Part shown: piece after piece, positions 44,111 to 54,800 of the stretch
Position numbering within the stretch: the first letter of the stretch is position 1
Layout: each line of letters starts with the position of its first letter
DNA from: a virus
Length of the DNA stretch: 64,000 nt
IMG/VR virus record: IMGVR_UViG_3300045988_159685
Strand: one strand, 5' to 3'
The notes under the pieces: generated by a model
Seen by the model: only the letters and a program-made list of their open reading frames with translations
Databases searched by the model: none
Told to the model about the DNA's origin: nothing
Position numbers and translations under genes: made by a program

Positions 44111-44437
44111 TTGCCTAAGACCAAATACCTTAATGAATGTAGGTTGTGTGGAACGCACTACCCTGCCTGTAGCTATTGCGATAGCACCAAAGAATCAAAT
44201 AGTTGGCGCAAGGTCGCTTGTTGCTGGGGACATTATCTTGCGCTTCAACCGATGATTAAATACGACCAAAAGTCGTTATCAAAAGAAGAGGCGAAAGAGG
44301 AAATAAACAGTGTTATTAACCTTTATGGTAAATTTGAAGTATCAAGCACCATGAAGAAATTGTATGACGACATCATGTGTGATGAAGCAAAGCCTGCAAT
44401 AAAGAAAAAGCAGAAAATAATAAATGCAAATAAATAA
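44111..44437 (+). CDS. Cys-rich (zinc-ribbon-like) small protein, paralogue of 44488..44862
   Basis: CRLCGTHYPACSYCDSTKESNSWRKVACCWGHY; TTG start after AAGGTAAGGTG. Confidence 0.5.
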   Translation: MPKTKYLNECRLCGTHYPACSYCDSTKESNSWRKVACCWGHYLALQPMIKYDQKSLSKEEAKEEINSVINLYGKFEVSSTMKKLYDDIMCDEAKPAIKKKQKIINANK

Positions 44438-44443
44438 CGTATC

Positions 44444-44475
44444 GGGCTTGTAACAAGCAAGCCCTTTACTTTATT
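44444..44475 (+). terminator. terminator-like hairpin
   Basis: GGGCTTG-7 nt-CAAGCCC followed by TTTACTTTATT. Confidence 0.55.
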
Positions 44476-44487
44476 GAGGATAAAAGG

Positions 44488-44862
44488 ATGAAAGCTAATC
44501 ATATTTGCAAATATAGCAAATGTAATTTGGGCAACAATGGACAACCAAAACAATATTATGCCTGTGACTATTGCGATCGAATTAATTCTTGGAAATCCAT
44601 AGCGTGTTGTAAAGAACACTTTGATTTATATATAGAGGAAGAACTCGAGCGTAAATCTATGCTGAATAAAATCAATATGTTGCCAAAGCGTATCGACATG
44701 AGTGATGACGAAATAAAGGAGCTTTATAATATTCCAGCCGACGTTGTACTTGAAAAGACCAACCAAGAACTTCAATATTATAAAGACAAATATGGCATTG
44801 ACAATATTAACGAGGTTGTTGACAAAATAAACGACGAATTAAATAAGGAGGGTAGGTTATAA
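44488..44862 (+). CDS. Cys-rich (zinc-ribbon-like) small protein, paralogue of 44111..44437
   Basis: CKYSKCN...YACDYCDRINSWKSIACCKEHF. Confidence 0.5.
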   Translation: MKANHICKYSKCNLGNNGQPKQYYACDYCDRINSWKSIACCKEHFDLYIEEELERKSMLNKINMLPKRIDMSDDEIKELYNIPADVVLEKTNQELQYYKDKYGIDNINEVVDKINDELNKEGRL

Positions 44863-44884
44863 AAAATAGCCTACCTATTTTTTT
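44851..44884 (+). terminator. rho-independent terminator
   Basis: GGTAGG-13 nt-CCTACC followed by TATTTTTTT. Confidence 0.65.
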
Positions 44885-44929
44885 CAATACGAAATTATAT
44901 TTTCTATGTTTGTAATGTGAGGTGAAATT

Positions 44930-45565
44930 ATGCCAAGATTAAAAAGCTTATCAAAAGAACAAGCAAAACAAATTGCTAATATCAACAAAGCAATAGCCGA
45001 AAAGGTTGGGGCCGCTTTGTCGAAAACAATGCAGGGCGAATTTCAAGAAAAGGCTAAAAAAATCATGCACGATAAAGTCGTTGAAGATGTGTACTCGTAC
45101 ACCCCAGTAGTATATAAACGCCGTGGTACAAATGGTGGTATGGCCGACGAAGATAATATTCAGGTGCTTTCCAACGAAGTTACAGTAGCACCACGCAAGA
45201 GTAGTAACAGAATATGGGCTGAAGATGCAAAAGGAACTGAGACCAGAGTTTATGGTAAAAATGGCTACTTTGTCAAACAACGAGGCAACTATATAAATAT
45301 GGATTACAGAATTTCGGGTAACTTTTCTTTTGCAAATATCACTCCGCCAAATGATAGTGTATTCGGAACTCCCATTGATTATAGTTCTGATCCAACAATT
45401 TTATCGGCTTGGATTGACCAAAATGCTGTTCCAGATCTAAATGATATGTCTCGAAAATTTAATGGACATCCAAAGCATTTTATAAAAGATACTTACGATG
45501 AATTTTATGTTAGCGGGCTTGCCAAAGATATTATAATAAAAGGCTTAAAAAAAGAGTTTAAATAA
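44930..45565 (+). CDS. hypothetical tail-module protein
   Basis: ORF track; SD GAGGTGA. Confidence 0.5.
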   Translation: MPRLKSLSKEQAKQIANINKAIAEKVGAALSKTMQGEFQEKAKKIMHDKVVEDVYSYTPVVYKRRGTNGGMADEDNIQVLSNEVTVAPRKSSNRIWAEDAKGTETRVYGKNGYFVKQRGNYINMDYRISGNFSFANITPPNDSVFGTPIDYSSDPTILSAWIDQNAVPDLNDMSRKFNGHPKHFIKDTYDEFYVSGLAKDIIIKGLKKEFK

Positions 45566-45581
45566 GGACGGTGAATGAATA

Positions 45582-48500
45582 ATGGCAGGATATATAGGCG
45601 ACGTAAATATTAGGGTCAATGCCGACCTTAATACTAAGGATATGGAAAGGGTCTTGAAAGATTTCACCCCTACCATTGAAATAGAGCCCAAGGCAGATAA
45701 GTTAAAGAAATCACTTGAAAATGAATTAACCAAAGCTTTTGCAAAAGTTAAAGACCTAAAAGACGAATTTGATAATTCTACTTTTAAAGCAGACAAAACC
45801 AATTACAACTTTTCGCAGTTCTTTGATACCTTTAATAGCAGTCAAATTTATGGTAAGGGTAACAAAGATAAAATACAGAACAGGCTTAACTACTATATAA
45901 AGAAAGCAAATGAAATGCACGATGTTGCTCAAAGGCTTTCTAATAGCAAACTCGAGTTTGACACCTCTTTATCGTCACTTGGTTTAAGTTATAGTGACAT
46001 TGGGCTATCTGAAGATCAACAGCAGTGGTTAAAATCCGTTGAAAAATCTTACGAGACTGCGGCACAAAAAGCGCATAAAGTAATAAATGGAGTTATATCT
46101 CGATATAACAAAGAACATCCTGATGATAGCTTGCAGATAAATCCATTAAATGCGAACTTCGGCGATGTATCAAAACTATATACAACAAGTTTACAAACGT
46201 CTATAAAAACAGCATTTAAAAGAATTAATGCTACGGGATTAGATCCAAGTAAACTTAGTACAAAAGATATAGACTTACAAACCAAGAGACTATCTGATGT
46301 TATTCCGCTAATGCAGACACTTAACAAATTCTCCAAAAAAGATATGGTTAAGTATAGATTTGATGGGGATACAGATAAAAGTGTTGTTACCATTGCCCGT
46401 GTAAAAGAACTATTAAAAGACTTTGAGTATTATTGGAAAGAAGCAACGGTTTCTCAAAAAGAGCAAGTCAAAGATAAACAGTTAAGCAAATCTGAAGAAA
46501 AAGAAGTTTCTAATGAGGTTTATGTTGAACAGCTTGAAAAGCGTGTATCTGAATTAAAGCAGGAAAACTTAAAGCTTGAAAATGACAAAAAGAGGTTTGC
46601 GGCAAAAAAAGAAGATACTGGTGGCAAATCATCTGATGATAATAAAAGCCTCAAATTAGAAAATGAAAAATTAAAAAAAGAAAATTCTGAATTGTCTGAG
46701 TTTATGGCTAACATACAAGATAAACAACAAGACCCAGGTGATGATTCTGGCAACGGCAGTCCCTCAGAGGGTGGCGAAGTTAGCGAGGGAGGCGTATCAC
46801 TTTCAAGGTTTGAGGCAATCAAAGGGCTGCTCAAATCCCGTGACATTTCTTTAAACAACAAAAAGAAACAAGTTGAAGTTTTAAACAAGAAAATTAAAGA
46901 GCTTGAAAAAAAAGCCAAGTCTAGCGGCAAAGCTACGCTAAAAGATAGCGACGGCAACACTGGTATATCTGGAGTTGATGGCGAAAATTCTGGCGATAAA
47001 ACAGACGAGGAAAGCACAAAACTAAAAGCCAATCTCGAGGCTCTTAAGAGACAATATGAAAAGTCAAAATCAGATTATGAGAACAACAAAAAGCTTTCCG
47101 AAGAGCTTAAAGGCTTAATTGATAAAGCCGAACAATCACAACAAGGTGGCTCGGGCAATATCTCAAAAGAAGCCTTAGAACAGTTCAAGACTGAGATTGA
47201 AAAAGTATGTTCTTCAATTAAAATAGGCGAATTCGATTACGCTGAAGCTTTAGAAAAACTTAGGCAAGCATTAAAAAATGAAGCAGTAGATATTAATGTC
47301 GGCAACTTGAAAACTGCAAGTAAACCAACAGCCGATTCTGCTTCAAGCCCGCAAAAGAGAGTTACAAGAAAACCGTCGGCTAAAAGCGATAAATCAGATA
47401 ATACCACTGAGGATGACCAATATTGGAAAGAAAAGTTTAAAGCCAATATTGAAGAACGCACAAGTGAACAATCTCCACAGGAACTGAAAGACTACTTCAA
47501 GGCCGTGTCTCAAATATCACAAGAAATTGATAAGTCGATGAAGTCAATCAATAGCACAGCTGATAGCTTGATAAAAAAATCTGGTACAAAATCACAGCAA
47601 TCACAAAGTAAGAACTTGGGTTTATCTAGTGAATATTCGGCAATACAATCTCAGGCGGCTAGCATTCAAGAGCAGATTGAAAGTATAAAGCAAGAACTGT
47701 TAAATCCTGATGCTGACACTAACTCAATAACATTCTTCAAAAATATAGACGAACAAGTTAAAGAGCTTTATGCAGACTTAGAAGTTATTCAAGATCAATA
47801 TAATGATACTACTAAGAAATTCGACGAATTAAATAATGCTTATAAAACCGATACAGCGGCACAACGAATTAAGAAGAAAGCTTCTACGTTATTGAATCAA
47901 TATGTATCGTTTAAAGATATAAATAGTAACGCCTTCAAACAGAATGATGCTTTGTCAGCACAATGGGACGAATGGTATAACAAGCTTAAAAATCCAGATT
48001 TGCTTGATGCGAAAGAAATTGATAAAGCCGATGCAAAGCTCAAGGAAATGCGTGCTACCGTAAAAGATCTAGGAATTGGTGGTAAAACAGCTGGCGAATT
48101 GATTTCTAATATGTTCAAAAAGTACGGCGGCTGGGCAATCGTTACTAGGTCAATGGTATATGTAAAATCTGTACTGAGAGATATATACCAAGCAACCAAA
48201 GATGTAGATACCTCAATGGTCAATCTTAAAAAGGTTAGTAACGAAACGGCGGCATCATATGATGCGTTTCTAACAAATGCGGCAAAAAAGTCAAAAGAAC
48301 TTGGTGTTTCAATAAGTGACTTGGTGGATTCGACTTCTGAGTTCTCAAGACTCGGCTATAACCTCAAAGACGCAACCAAGCTCGGCGAACTTGCAACAAT
48401 GTATTCCAATGTTGCCGAAGATTTAAGTGTAACCGACGCCGCCTCTTCAATCATTTCGACAATGAAGGCGTATGATATTGCCGCAGACGATGCACAAGAA

Positions 48501-49322
48501 ATCGTAGATAAGTTTAACTATGTAGGCAACAACTTTGCCATTTCTTCCACTGGACTTGGTGACAGCTTACAACGTTCTGCTTCTGCTTTGGTTGCCGCAG
48601 GAAACAGCCTTGACGAAACCATCGCACTTACAACGGCGGGCAATGCTATTGTTCAAGACCCTGAAAAAATGGGCACTGTTCTTAAGACGGCTTCGGCTAG
48701 ATTAAGAGGAGCAACAGCCGAACTTGAGGAAATGGGCGAAGAAACAGACGATGTAGCAAACGGCACAGCAAAGCTACGTCAGGAGATACTTGCTCTTTCT
48801 GGCGTTGACATCATGAAGAATGATAATACCTTTAAAGGCACATATCAAATTCTTGACGAGATATCGAAAGTATATGGCAGCCTTTCAGACGTAAATCAGG
48901 CGGCACTGCTTGAACAAATTGGTGGCAAAAACGGCATTAACGTAATCGCCGCAGTATTATCCAATTTTGACGAAGCAAGAGAAGTCATGAGTACCATTGG
49001 TGGTTCCAAGGGTTCGGCTTCTGAAGAAATGGAAAAATCACTTGACTCTATAACAGGTAAGCTTGGAAAACTTAGTGCTATATTCCAAGATATATCCACA
49101 AAGGCGTTAGAGTCAGACACAGTTAAATCGTTCTTAGATATTCTTATCGGTATAGGTAATGCAATATCTAAGCTTATACCTAGCCTTAATACTGTGCTTA
49201 AAATTGGCGGAGCAATTGGTGCGGGAGCATTAGGTGCAAAAGGTATTAATATAGGTGCGGGTGAACCCATAAAACACAGGGTTCCACTGAGTATGCCCGC
49301 AAGCATAATGGTAATACCATAA
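45582..49322 (+). CDS. tape measure protein, proximal part (contains a TP901-type core region)
   Basis: 1246 aa, coiled-coil rich. Core FNYVGNNFAISSTGLGDSLQRSASALVAAGNSLDETIALTTAGNAIVQDPEKMGTVLKTASARLRG. Ends in a Gly/Ala hydrophobic segment. Confidence 0.8.
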   Translation: MAGYIGDVNIRVNADLNTKDMERVLKDFTPTIEIEPKADKLKKSLENELTKAFAKVKDLKDEFDNSTFKADKTNYNFSQFFDTFNSSQIYGKGNKDKIQNRLNYYIKKANEMHDVAQRLSNSKLEFDTSLSSLGLSYSDIGLSEDQQQWLKSVEKSYETAAQKAHKVINGVISRYNKEHPDDSLQINPLNANFGDVSKLYTTSLQTSIKTAFKRINATGLDPSKLSTKDIDLQTKRLSDVIPLMQTLNKFSKKDMVKYRFDGDTDKSVVTIARVKELLKDFEYYWKEATVSQKEQVKDKQLSKSEEKEVSNEVYVEQLEKRVSELKQENLKLENDKKRFAAKKEDTGGKSSDDNKSLKLENEKLKKENSELSEFMANIQDKQQDPGDDSGNGSPSEGGEVSEGGVSLSRFEAIKGLLKSRDISLNNKKKQVEVLNKKIKELEKKAKSSGKATLKDSDGNTGISGVDGENSGDKTDEESTKLKANLEALKRQYEKSKSDYENNKKLSEELKGLIDKAEQSQQGGSGNISKEALEQFKTEIEKVCSSIKIGEFDYAEALEKLRQALKNEAVDINVGNLKTASKPTADSASSPQKRVTRKPSAKSDKSDNTTEDDQYWKEKFKANIEERTSEQSPQELKDYFKAVSQISQEIDKSMKSINSTADSLIKKSGTKSQQSQSKNLGLSSEYSAIQSQAASIQEQIESIKQELLNPDADTNSITFFKNIDEQVKELYADLEVIQDQYNDTTKKFDELNNAYKTDTAAQRIKKKASTLLNQYVSFKDINSNAFKQNDALSAQWDEWYNKLKNPDLLDAKEIDKADAKLKEMRATVKDLGIGGKTAGELISNMFKKYGGWAIVTRSMVYVKSVLRDIYQATKDVDTSMVNLKKVSNETAASYDAFLTNAAKKSKELGVSISDLVDSTSEFSRLGYNLKDATKLGELATMYSNVAEDLSVTDAASSIISTMKAYDIAADDAQEIVDKFNYVGNNFAISSTGLGDSLQRSASALVAAGNSLDETIALTTAGNAIVQDPEKMGTVLKTASARLRGATAELEEMGEETDDVANGTAKLRQEILALSGVDIMKNDNTFKGTYQILDEISKVYGSLSDVNQAALLEQIGGKNGINVIAAVLSNFDEAREVMSTIGGSKGSASEEMEKSLDSITGKLGKLSAIFQDISTKALESDTVKSFLDILIGIGNAISKLIPSLNTVLKIGGAIGAGALGAKGINIGAGEPIKHRVPLSMPASIMVIP

Positions 49323-49618
49323 TCGAGGTATTATTATTATGACAGGCAAAAAAGTATAAATTGACTACTTAGTAGTAACGGGTTTGATAATTCCCGTTCG
49401 GGGATGGTAATATTCAATTCTATCACACTTTTTTGAATATGAGAGTATCCGCATCCAAACCGATCGGCGTAAGTTTGTCGCATAATACATAATCGGCTTA
49501 ACGATCGGCAGGTTCAGAGACTATAATTGCTTATTGGTGTTCTGCGATAGTGAACACTGGTTATTGGATAGTCCACGGTGTAGTTGTCGGATAGACGGCA
49601 ATAAAAATTATAAAACTG

Positions 49619-49647
49619 TTGACTTCTGTAATATTATGTGATATAAT
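49619..49647 (+). promoter_or_regulatory. near-consensus sigma-A promoter with extended -10
   Basis: TTGACT-17 nt-(TGa)TATAAT. Confidence 0.75.
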
Positions 49648-49677
49648 GGAATAAAAATATTATAGGAGTTGTTAATT

Positions 49678-49863
49678 ATGTCTAAAGAAAATAACAAAGA
49701 AAATCAAAATAAGAATATCAACGAGAGCGTTTCACATGAACCAATAGTGGAAATCAATGTTAGAAGGAATTATTCGTATGTTCCAATCGACAGCGATATT
49801 AGCGAAAGACCACCTATTCCTACTGTTGATATTGATAAGAATAAAAAGGAGAATGACGGTTGA
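49678..49863 (+). CDS. small hydrophilic protein (61 aa)
   Basis: ATG after GGAG; MSKENNKENQNKNINESV... Confidence 0.45.
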   Translation: MSKENNKENQNKNINESVSHEPIVEINVRRNYSYVPIDSDISERPPIPTVDIDKNKKENDG

Positions 49864-50525
49864 CCGAAATTATTTCATACTTACCAAATATAATTATTTA
49901 TCTAGTCTTGGGCTTTGTTTTTATTAAAGTCTTTAGATTTGTTTATATAGAAGAAAGCCCAAATGATAGTCAACATATACTTACCGAATCTCTCATATAT
50001 GGTTTTATTCTCCAAAATATCTACTCGGCTTTTCCAATTAGTATTAACACTTATATTGACATAATAGGAATGGTTTTGTCTACAGTAATAATAGCATATT
50101 TTCTTGCTAAATTTATATATAGTAAACTATTTAGCAAAATACTTGCTAAATTAAAAATACAACAAACGCCGATTAAAGATTTTTGGATTGATATAACACA
50201 TTCAAAAGAGCGAACATATATAACCGTTTATGATAAAGAGTTCGATCGAGTTATAAATGGAAGATTTGCTAGAGCTGAAACATTTAATAAAAGACCACTC
50301 ATACAGCTATCGGAATATATTATAAAAAATACACGGGGCGATATAATATTCGATATGTCTCTTAACACTGCCGACACTATTGTTATTGATACGTCTAAAT
50401 ACCCCGAAATCATGTTATCACATCCACAACCAAAAGATAAAAAGAAATCTGAAGAATCACAGTCTAAACACAACCCAATAAAGTCAATATTAAACAAAAT
50501 AAAAACTAAATTTCATCATGACTGA
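49860..50525 (+). CDS. integral membrane protein (about 3 TM) with Lys-rich C-terminus
   Basis: TTG start 8 nt after AAGGAG. IISYLPNIIIYLVLGFVFIKVF, LIYGFILQNIYSAFPI, IIGMVLSTVIIAYFLAKFIY. Confidence 0.55.
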   Translation: MTEIISYLPNIIIYLVLGFVFIKVFRFVYIEESPNDSQHILTESLIYGFILQNIYSAFPISINTYIDIIGMVLSTVIIAYFLAKFIYSKLFSKILAKLKIQQTPIKDFWIDITHSKERTYITVYDKEFDRVINGRFARAETFNKRPLIQLSEYIIKNTRGDIIFDMSLNTADTIVIDTSKYPEIMLSHPQPKDKKKSEESQSKHNPIKSILNKIKTKFHHD

Positions 50526-50553
50526 AAAAGCTCCGAGTTTCCTCGGAGCTTTT
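50526..50553. terminator. bidirectional terminator between convergent genes
   Basis: AAAAGCTCCGAG-TTTC-CTCGGAGCTTTT. Confidence 0.8.
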
Positions 50554-50554
50554 G

Positions 50555-51160
50555 TTATAGAAAGAGTTTTATTTTCCAAATGGATATATCGTTTAATCGT
50601 TTATATCCGTCGTCTTTTAATTGCTTGTTAAGGGCAAGCTTTACATATGGCATATCTTCGGATTCGCATATATGTGATGCAATCGTATAATCAATATCTT
50701 TATCTACGGCTTCGTCATTGTATGAGCAATCAAATTCTGCTATATTAATTTGATGCTTTAACAAATCACAATGAGACAGTTTGTCCAAAGTGCCGTAATA
50801 ACTACATCTTATATTGGGGTCGATCTCCTCTTCGTCAATGTCCTTACTATTAAGCGTTCGGGCATTTACCGTAAGATACTTTCCAACTCGCAGGTTGATA
50901 TCAACATTGATACGCTTTTCTCCATCGTCGAATGTAATATCTTTTCTAAATGCACTAACATTTGAAATGTCCACTTCTTTGTCGAGGTCTTTTTCAATCT
51001 TCTGAATAAGAAGTAATACAAATCGTTCATCATCACTTAGAATTACCTTCTTAAGTTGAGGCTTAAAAAATACTAACGAAGTAATCGAAGCTATGATAAG
51101 ACAAAATATTATAATGAGCACAATAAACAATTTTTTATGTTTTAAAAACAATCTTTTCAT
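50555..51160 (-). CDS. N-terminally membrane-anchored protein, paralogue of 51181..51750
   Basis: MKRLFLKHKKLFIVLIIIFCLIIASITSLVFF...; C-terminus DISIWKIKLFL; ATG after GGTGAGG. Confidence 0.6.
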   Translation of the reverse strand: MKRLFLKHKKLFIVLIIIFCLIIASITSLVFFKPQLKKVILSDDERFVLLLIQKIEKDLDKEVDISNVSAFRKDITFDDGEKRINVDINLRVGKYLTVNARTLNSKDIDEEEIDPNIRCSYYGTLDKLSHCDLLKHQINIAEFDCSYNDEAVDKDIDYTIASHICESEDMPYVKLALNKQLKDDGYKRLNDISIWKIKLFL

Positions 51161-51180
51161 TTTTACCTCACCTATCAGCA

Positions 51181-51750
51181 TCAGGAAAATAACTTAATTT
51201 TCCAAAGGGAGAAATCTGTTATTTCCTCGCAATCATCATCAAGACGACGTTTGACACCACTTTTTACATGTTCATCAATATTGTCAACTTGGGCATAGCC
51301 GACTTCATCACCATTTATATCTTTCTTATTTGGTAAATCGTACTGCTCTATGATATCTTGAGAACCCCAATAAAAATGACCAACATAAAGAGAAAAACTA
51401 CCATTATAAATATCTTCTATGGCCTGTGATTCAGAAATACTTACATGTCGTATGAAAGAAATTTCTAATCCGTCATCTGTAATGATATACAAATATGTTC
51501 GAGAGTTCAACCAGTCATCATTTGATTTTTCTGATTTTGTTTCAAGACATTTAATATCTTGAATAGATATATCTTTATCAGTTTCTTCCTTAACTGTGGC
51601 TACACAGTTGATTATAAACTTTTCATTATCATTCAAGATATAACTTGCTATTTGTTTTTTAAACACCATAAAAGTAATAATCAGTAAAATTATTAGACCT
51701 ACTATTAATAACAAAACAACTTTTATCTTTCGTAACTTTGCGTTCTTCAT
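51181..51750 (-). CDS. N-terminally membrane-anchored protein, paralogue of 50555..51160
   Basis: MKNAKLRKIKVVLLLIVGLIILLIITFMVF...; C-terminus DFSLWKIKLFS. Confidence 0.6.
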   Translation of the reverse strand: MKNAKLRKIKVVLLLIVGLIILLIITFMVFKKQIASYILNDNEKFIINCVATVKEETDKDISIQDIKCLETKSEKSNDDWLNSRTYLYIITDDGLEISFIRHVSISESQAIEDIYNGSFSLYVGHFYWGSQDIIEQYDLPNKKDINGDEVGYAQVDNIDEHVKSGVKRRLDDDCEEITDFSLWKIKLFS

Positions 51751-51783
51751 AAGTATTGCCCCTATCTGTTTTTTTATATTAAG

Positions 51784-51812
51784 ATTATATCACAGATTTT
51801 ACCACTTGTCAA
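51784..51812 (-). promoter_or_regulatory. consensus sigma-A promoter with extended -10
   Basis: Minus strand TTGACA-17 nt-(TGa)TATAAT, 34 nt upstream of ATG 51750. Confidence 0.8.
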
Positions 51813-51891
51813 TAGATTTACACCGATACTCAAAAAAATAAAGTCTATTCCAAGTGATATTAAGGATAATCTTTCTGGGTTAAAATCACAA

Positions 51892-54800
51892 TTGTCGCTG
51901 TTTACCACAGAAGAAGCTGAACAGCAATTGAACGATTTTATTGATAAAGTCAAAGTTGGCGGCATGAGTGTCAAAGATTATTTCAATAATCCCGTCAATA
52001 GTGGAAAAACAATTTTAAAGGGTTATGTGCGTGAAGTAGATGAAGCCTCTATGAGTGTAGAAGGTTTCACTCGTTACGGAAAAGAACTGACGAGTCAATT
52101 TGATAAAATGAATACCAAGGGTGGCATTGCCTCACTCATTTTTAAAGACATAGGTTCTATGGCTCTCAAAGCCTTACCAACATTAATCGTTACTGGTATT
52201 GGGGTTGCCATTGATTATTTTGTCAATAAAGCCGAACGAGCAAAAGAAAAAGCCGATGAACTTAGTGAAGAATTAAATAATTCATTAAGTAGCTACAATG
52301 ACAGTTTGTCACAGGTATCTGGGTATGAAAAGGAATTTAACAAGCTTGCTAAAGGTGTTGATAACTTTGGAAATAATCTTTCATTGACCAATGACGAATA
52401 TGACCGTTACAAAGACCTGTCAAACGACATCGCAAAAATCAATCCTAGTTTAATAAAAGGATACGACGACGAAGGCAATGCTATCATAAACAAAAATAAC
52501 GCCATAAGAGATACTATCAGCTTATTAAAAGAACAGCGAAAATTAGATATACTAAAAATGTTATCAGAAGATAACATAGAGGCTGTATCTGACGGATTAG
52601 ATGCTAAGATTTCTGATACAAGAAAAGAAATGAACAGTCTGGCAACAAGATTTATTAAATATCCAGATAACATAAAAAGTGCAATTGAGAATTTCGACAC
52701 AATAGCTGATGGTTTAGGTGACAATTTTTCTAACGAATATAGTGAGATATTAGGAGCCTTTGACAATTACAACAAAGTCGGCGACAAATATAAATTTAAA
52801 ACCTACTATGAAAATCAAGATGAAGTTCATAACCTTGTACAAAAACTACTTAGCTACAAAACTGATAATGAAAGCTTGTCAAAATCACTTGAACAGTATC
52901 AAAAAGAGTTGTCAGATTCTTACGACCAATTGCAAAAAGCATTAAACAACACAGATAATGTCAACCTCTACAAGCAAATTGACAGTGAAATGCAAAGTTA
53001 TACAAAAACGTATGATACATATTTGCAGGCATATCTTACTACTTTGGACGGATATGATGAACTTACAAGTGGCGAGCAGAACATTCTTTCCTCGTTAGTG
53101 TCAAACTTTGAATTAGATGTAGAAAGTAATACCAAAGACTTTGACGAGCAATATGCCGACGAAGTGCAAAAGATCAATTCATTCTATGCTAATTTGAAAA
53201 ATGGAGTAGATAATCATGGCGTACCGCTTTCTGTTTCTTTGGATATACTAACAAATTTGGATACAACACAAACCGTTTCAGAATATGAAAAGCAAATGGA
53301 AACTGCACTAAAAAATATTGCTAATTCCGACTTTGCAAAAAACCAAGGTCTTTCAATCGACGATATCAAAGTCATGCTTGGTTTCTCATTTGAGACAAAC
53401 GATAACGAGATAGAGGATGGGCTTACAAACAAGATTGAGAATATTGCCACTCGTGTTGTGAATCGGATACCGTCGTTGGCTGGCAACCAAAATGGTCAAG
53501 CAATTATTGAAGGCTTGCTTAAAAATCTTACCCCAGATAACATTGACACTTTAATGGATACCAGCCTTGACAAAATAAATTCATGGCAAGATGTTCTCGA
53601 TCTCTTAAATGCAAAAACCACATTTAGCCTTGCTGACTACTCCGAGGATGTTGACAACGTTCAAAGCAAAATTGCCGCACTTGCTTCTGCGTATAAGGAA
53701 ATTCAAGACGGCACTTTTGAAGTTGGTAGTAGTGGATGGGAACTCGTTAAAAGTTATGGGGAATTTCTTCCATACCTTGACGACACAAATGGCGGCTTTG
53801 AAGAACTCGGTAAGAAAATCAAAGAAGCAATGGGTATTGCTCCAAACGACCTGATTAAGCAACTTTCTCAACTTAAAGGTTTGAGTGACGCCGATCAAAA
53901 ATCTGTAAATAATCTTATCAAAGTCCTCTATAAAATGAAAGATGTTAGCCTTTCAAATCTTACTTCAGACGGATTACTGACCGCCGAGAAGAATCAAGTA
54001 CAAGCAATAATTGATAAGATAAATGATAAGAAAGACAAAGAACAGGAATACCTCGATACGCTTCAAGAAGAGGAAGATACTTTAAATGATATCATTGACA
54101 AATATCAGACCGCTGGTGATACTGCTATTGATTATATTGAAAAAGAAATCAGTAGTCTTGAGGATTCTCGTGACGATGTAGAGTCATATTACGACGACCT
54201 TATTGATAAACTCAAAGAGGAAAATGACGAACGTGATAGAGCCATTGAGTTGCAGGAAAAGCAAGACGCTGTAGCTAATGCAAAAAAGAAAAAGGTTGCT
54301 ATCTATAGCGAAGCAAGTAGCTGGCATTTAGAAACCAACTCCGACGAGGTTGAAAAGGCACAACAGGAACTTGATTCACTACAAAACGAAATAGCTATTG
54401 ACAATCTTGAAAAAGAGAAAGAGGCTGCTATGCAACCTTATACCGATCAAATTGAGGCATTTGAAAAGTATAAGCAAGCATGGAGCGATGCTATGAGTGC
54501 CTATACAAACAACCAGAATGAAATGATTGCGCAACAAATTTTAGGTATAGATTGGCAGGGTAAACTTCACAATCAGGATATCGGTATTCTTAACAAATAT
54601 CAAACTGATTATAGCGGTTATCAAACTAAACTCAAAGATAATGTTCAAAAAGAGAAAGAGATTATTCAAAACCGCATTGACCAATATGCAAAAGAAGCAG
54701 ATGAGTGGGAGAAGTATCTCAAACAATTTGATACATTCGTTTCCGATTTATCTGACCAAGACGTTAAATACTTTGAAGAACTTAAACTCAAAACACTTAA

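Noticed and set aside
49255-51891. Group II intron hypothesis for the TMP interruption (GTGCG at 49255..49259 matches the 5' intron consensus).
   Set aside because: There is no reverse transcriptase/maturase ORF. No domain V-like GC-rich hairpin occurs near the 3' boundary. The insert also contains host-type promoters and minus-strand genes. A group I intron or DNA excision cannot be excluded and is listed as a check.
51774-51974. 66-aa minus-strand ORF.
   Set aside because: It covers the consensus promoter 51784..51812 and the start of the distal TMP ORF, and it has no SD.
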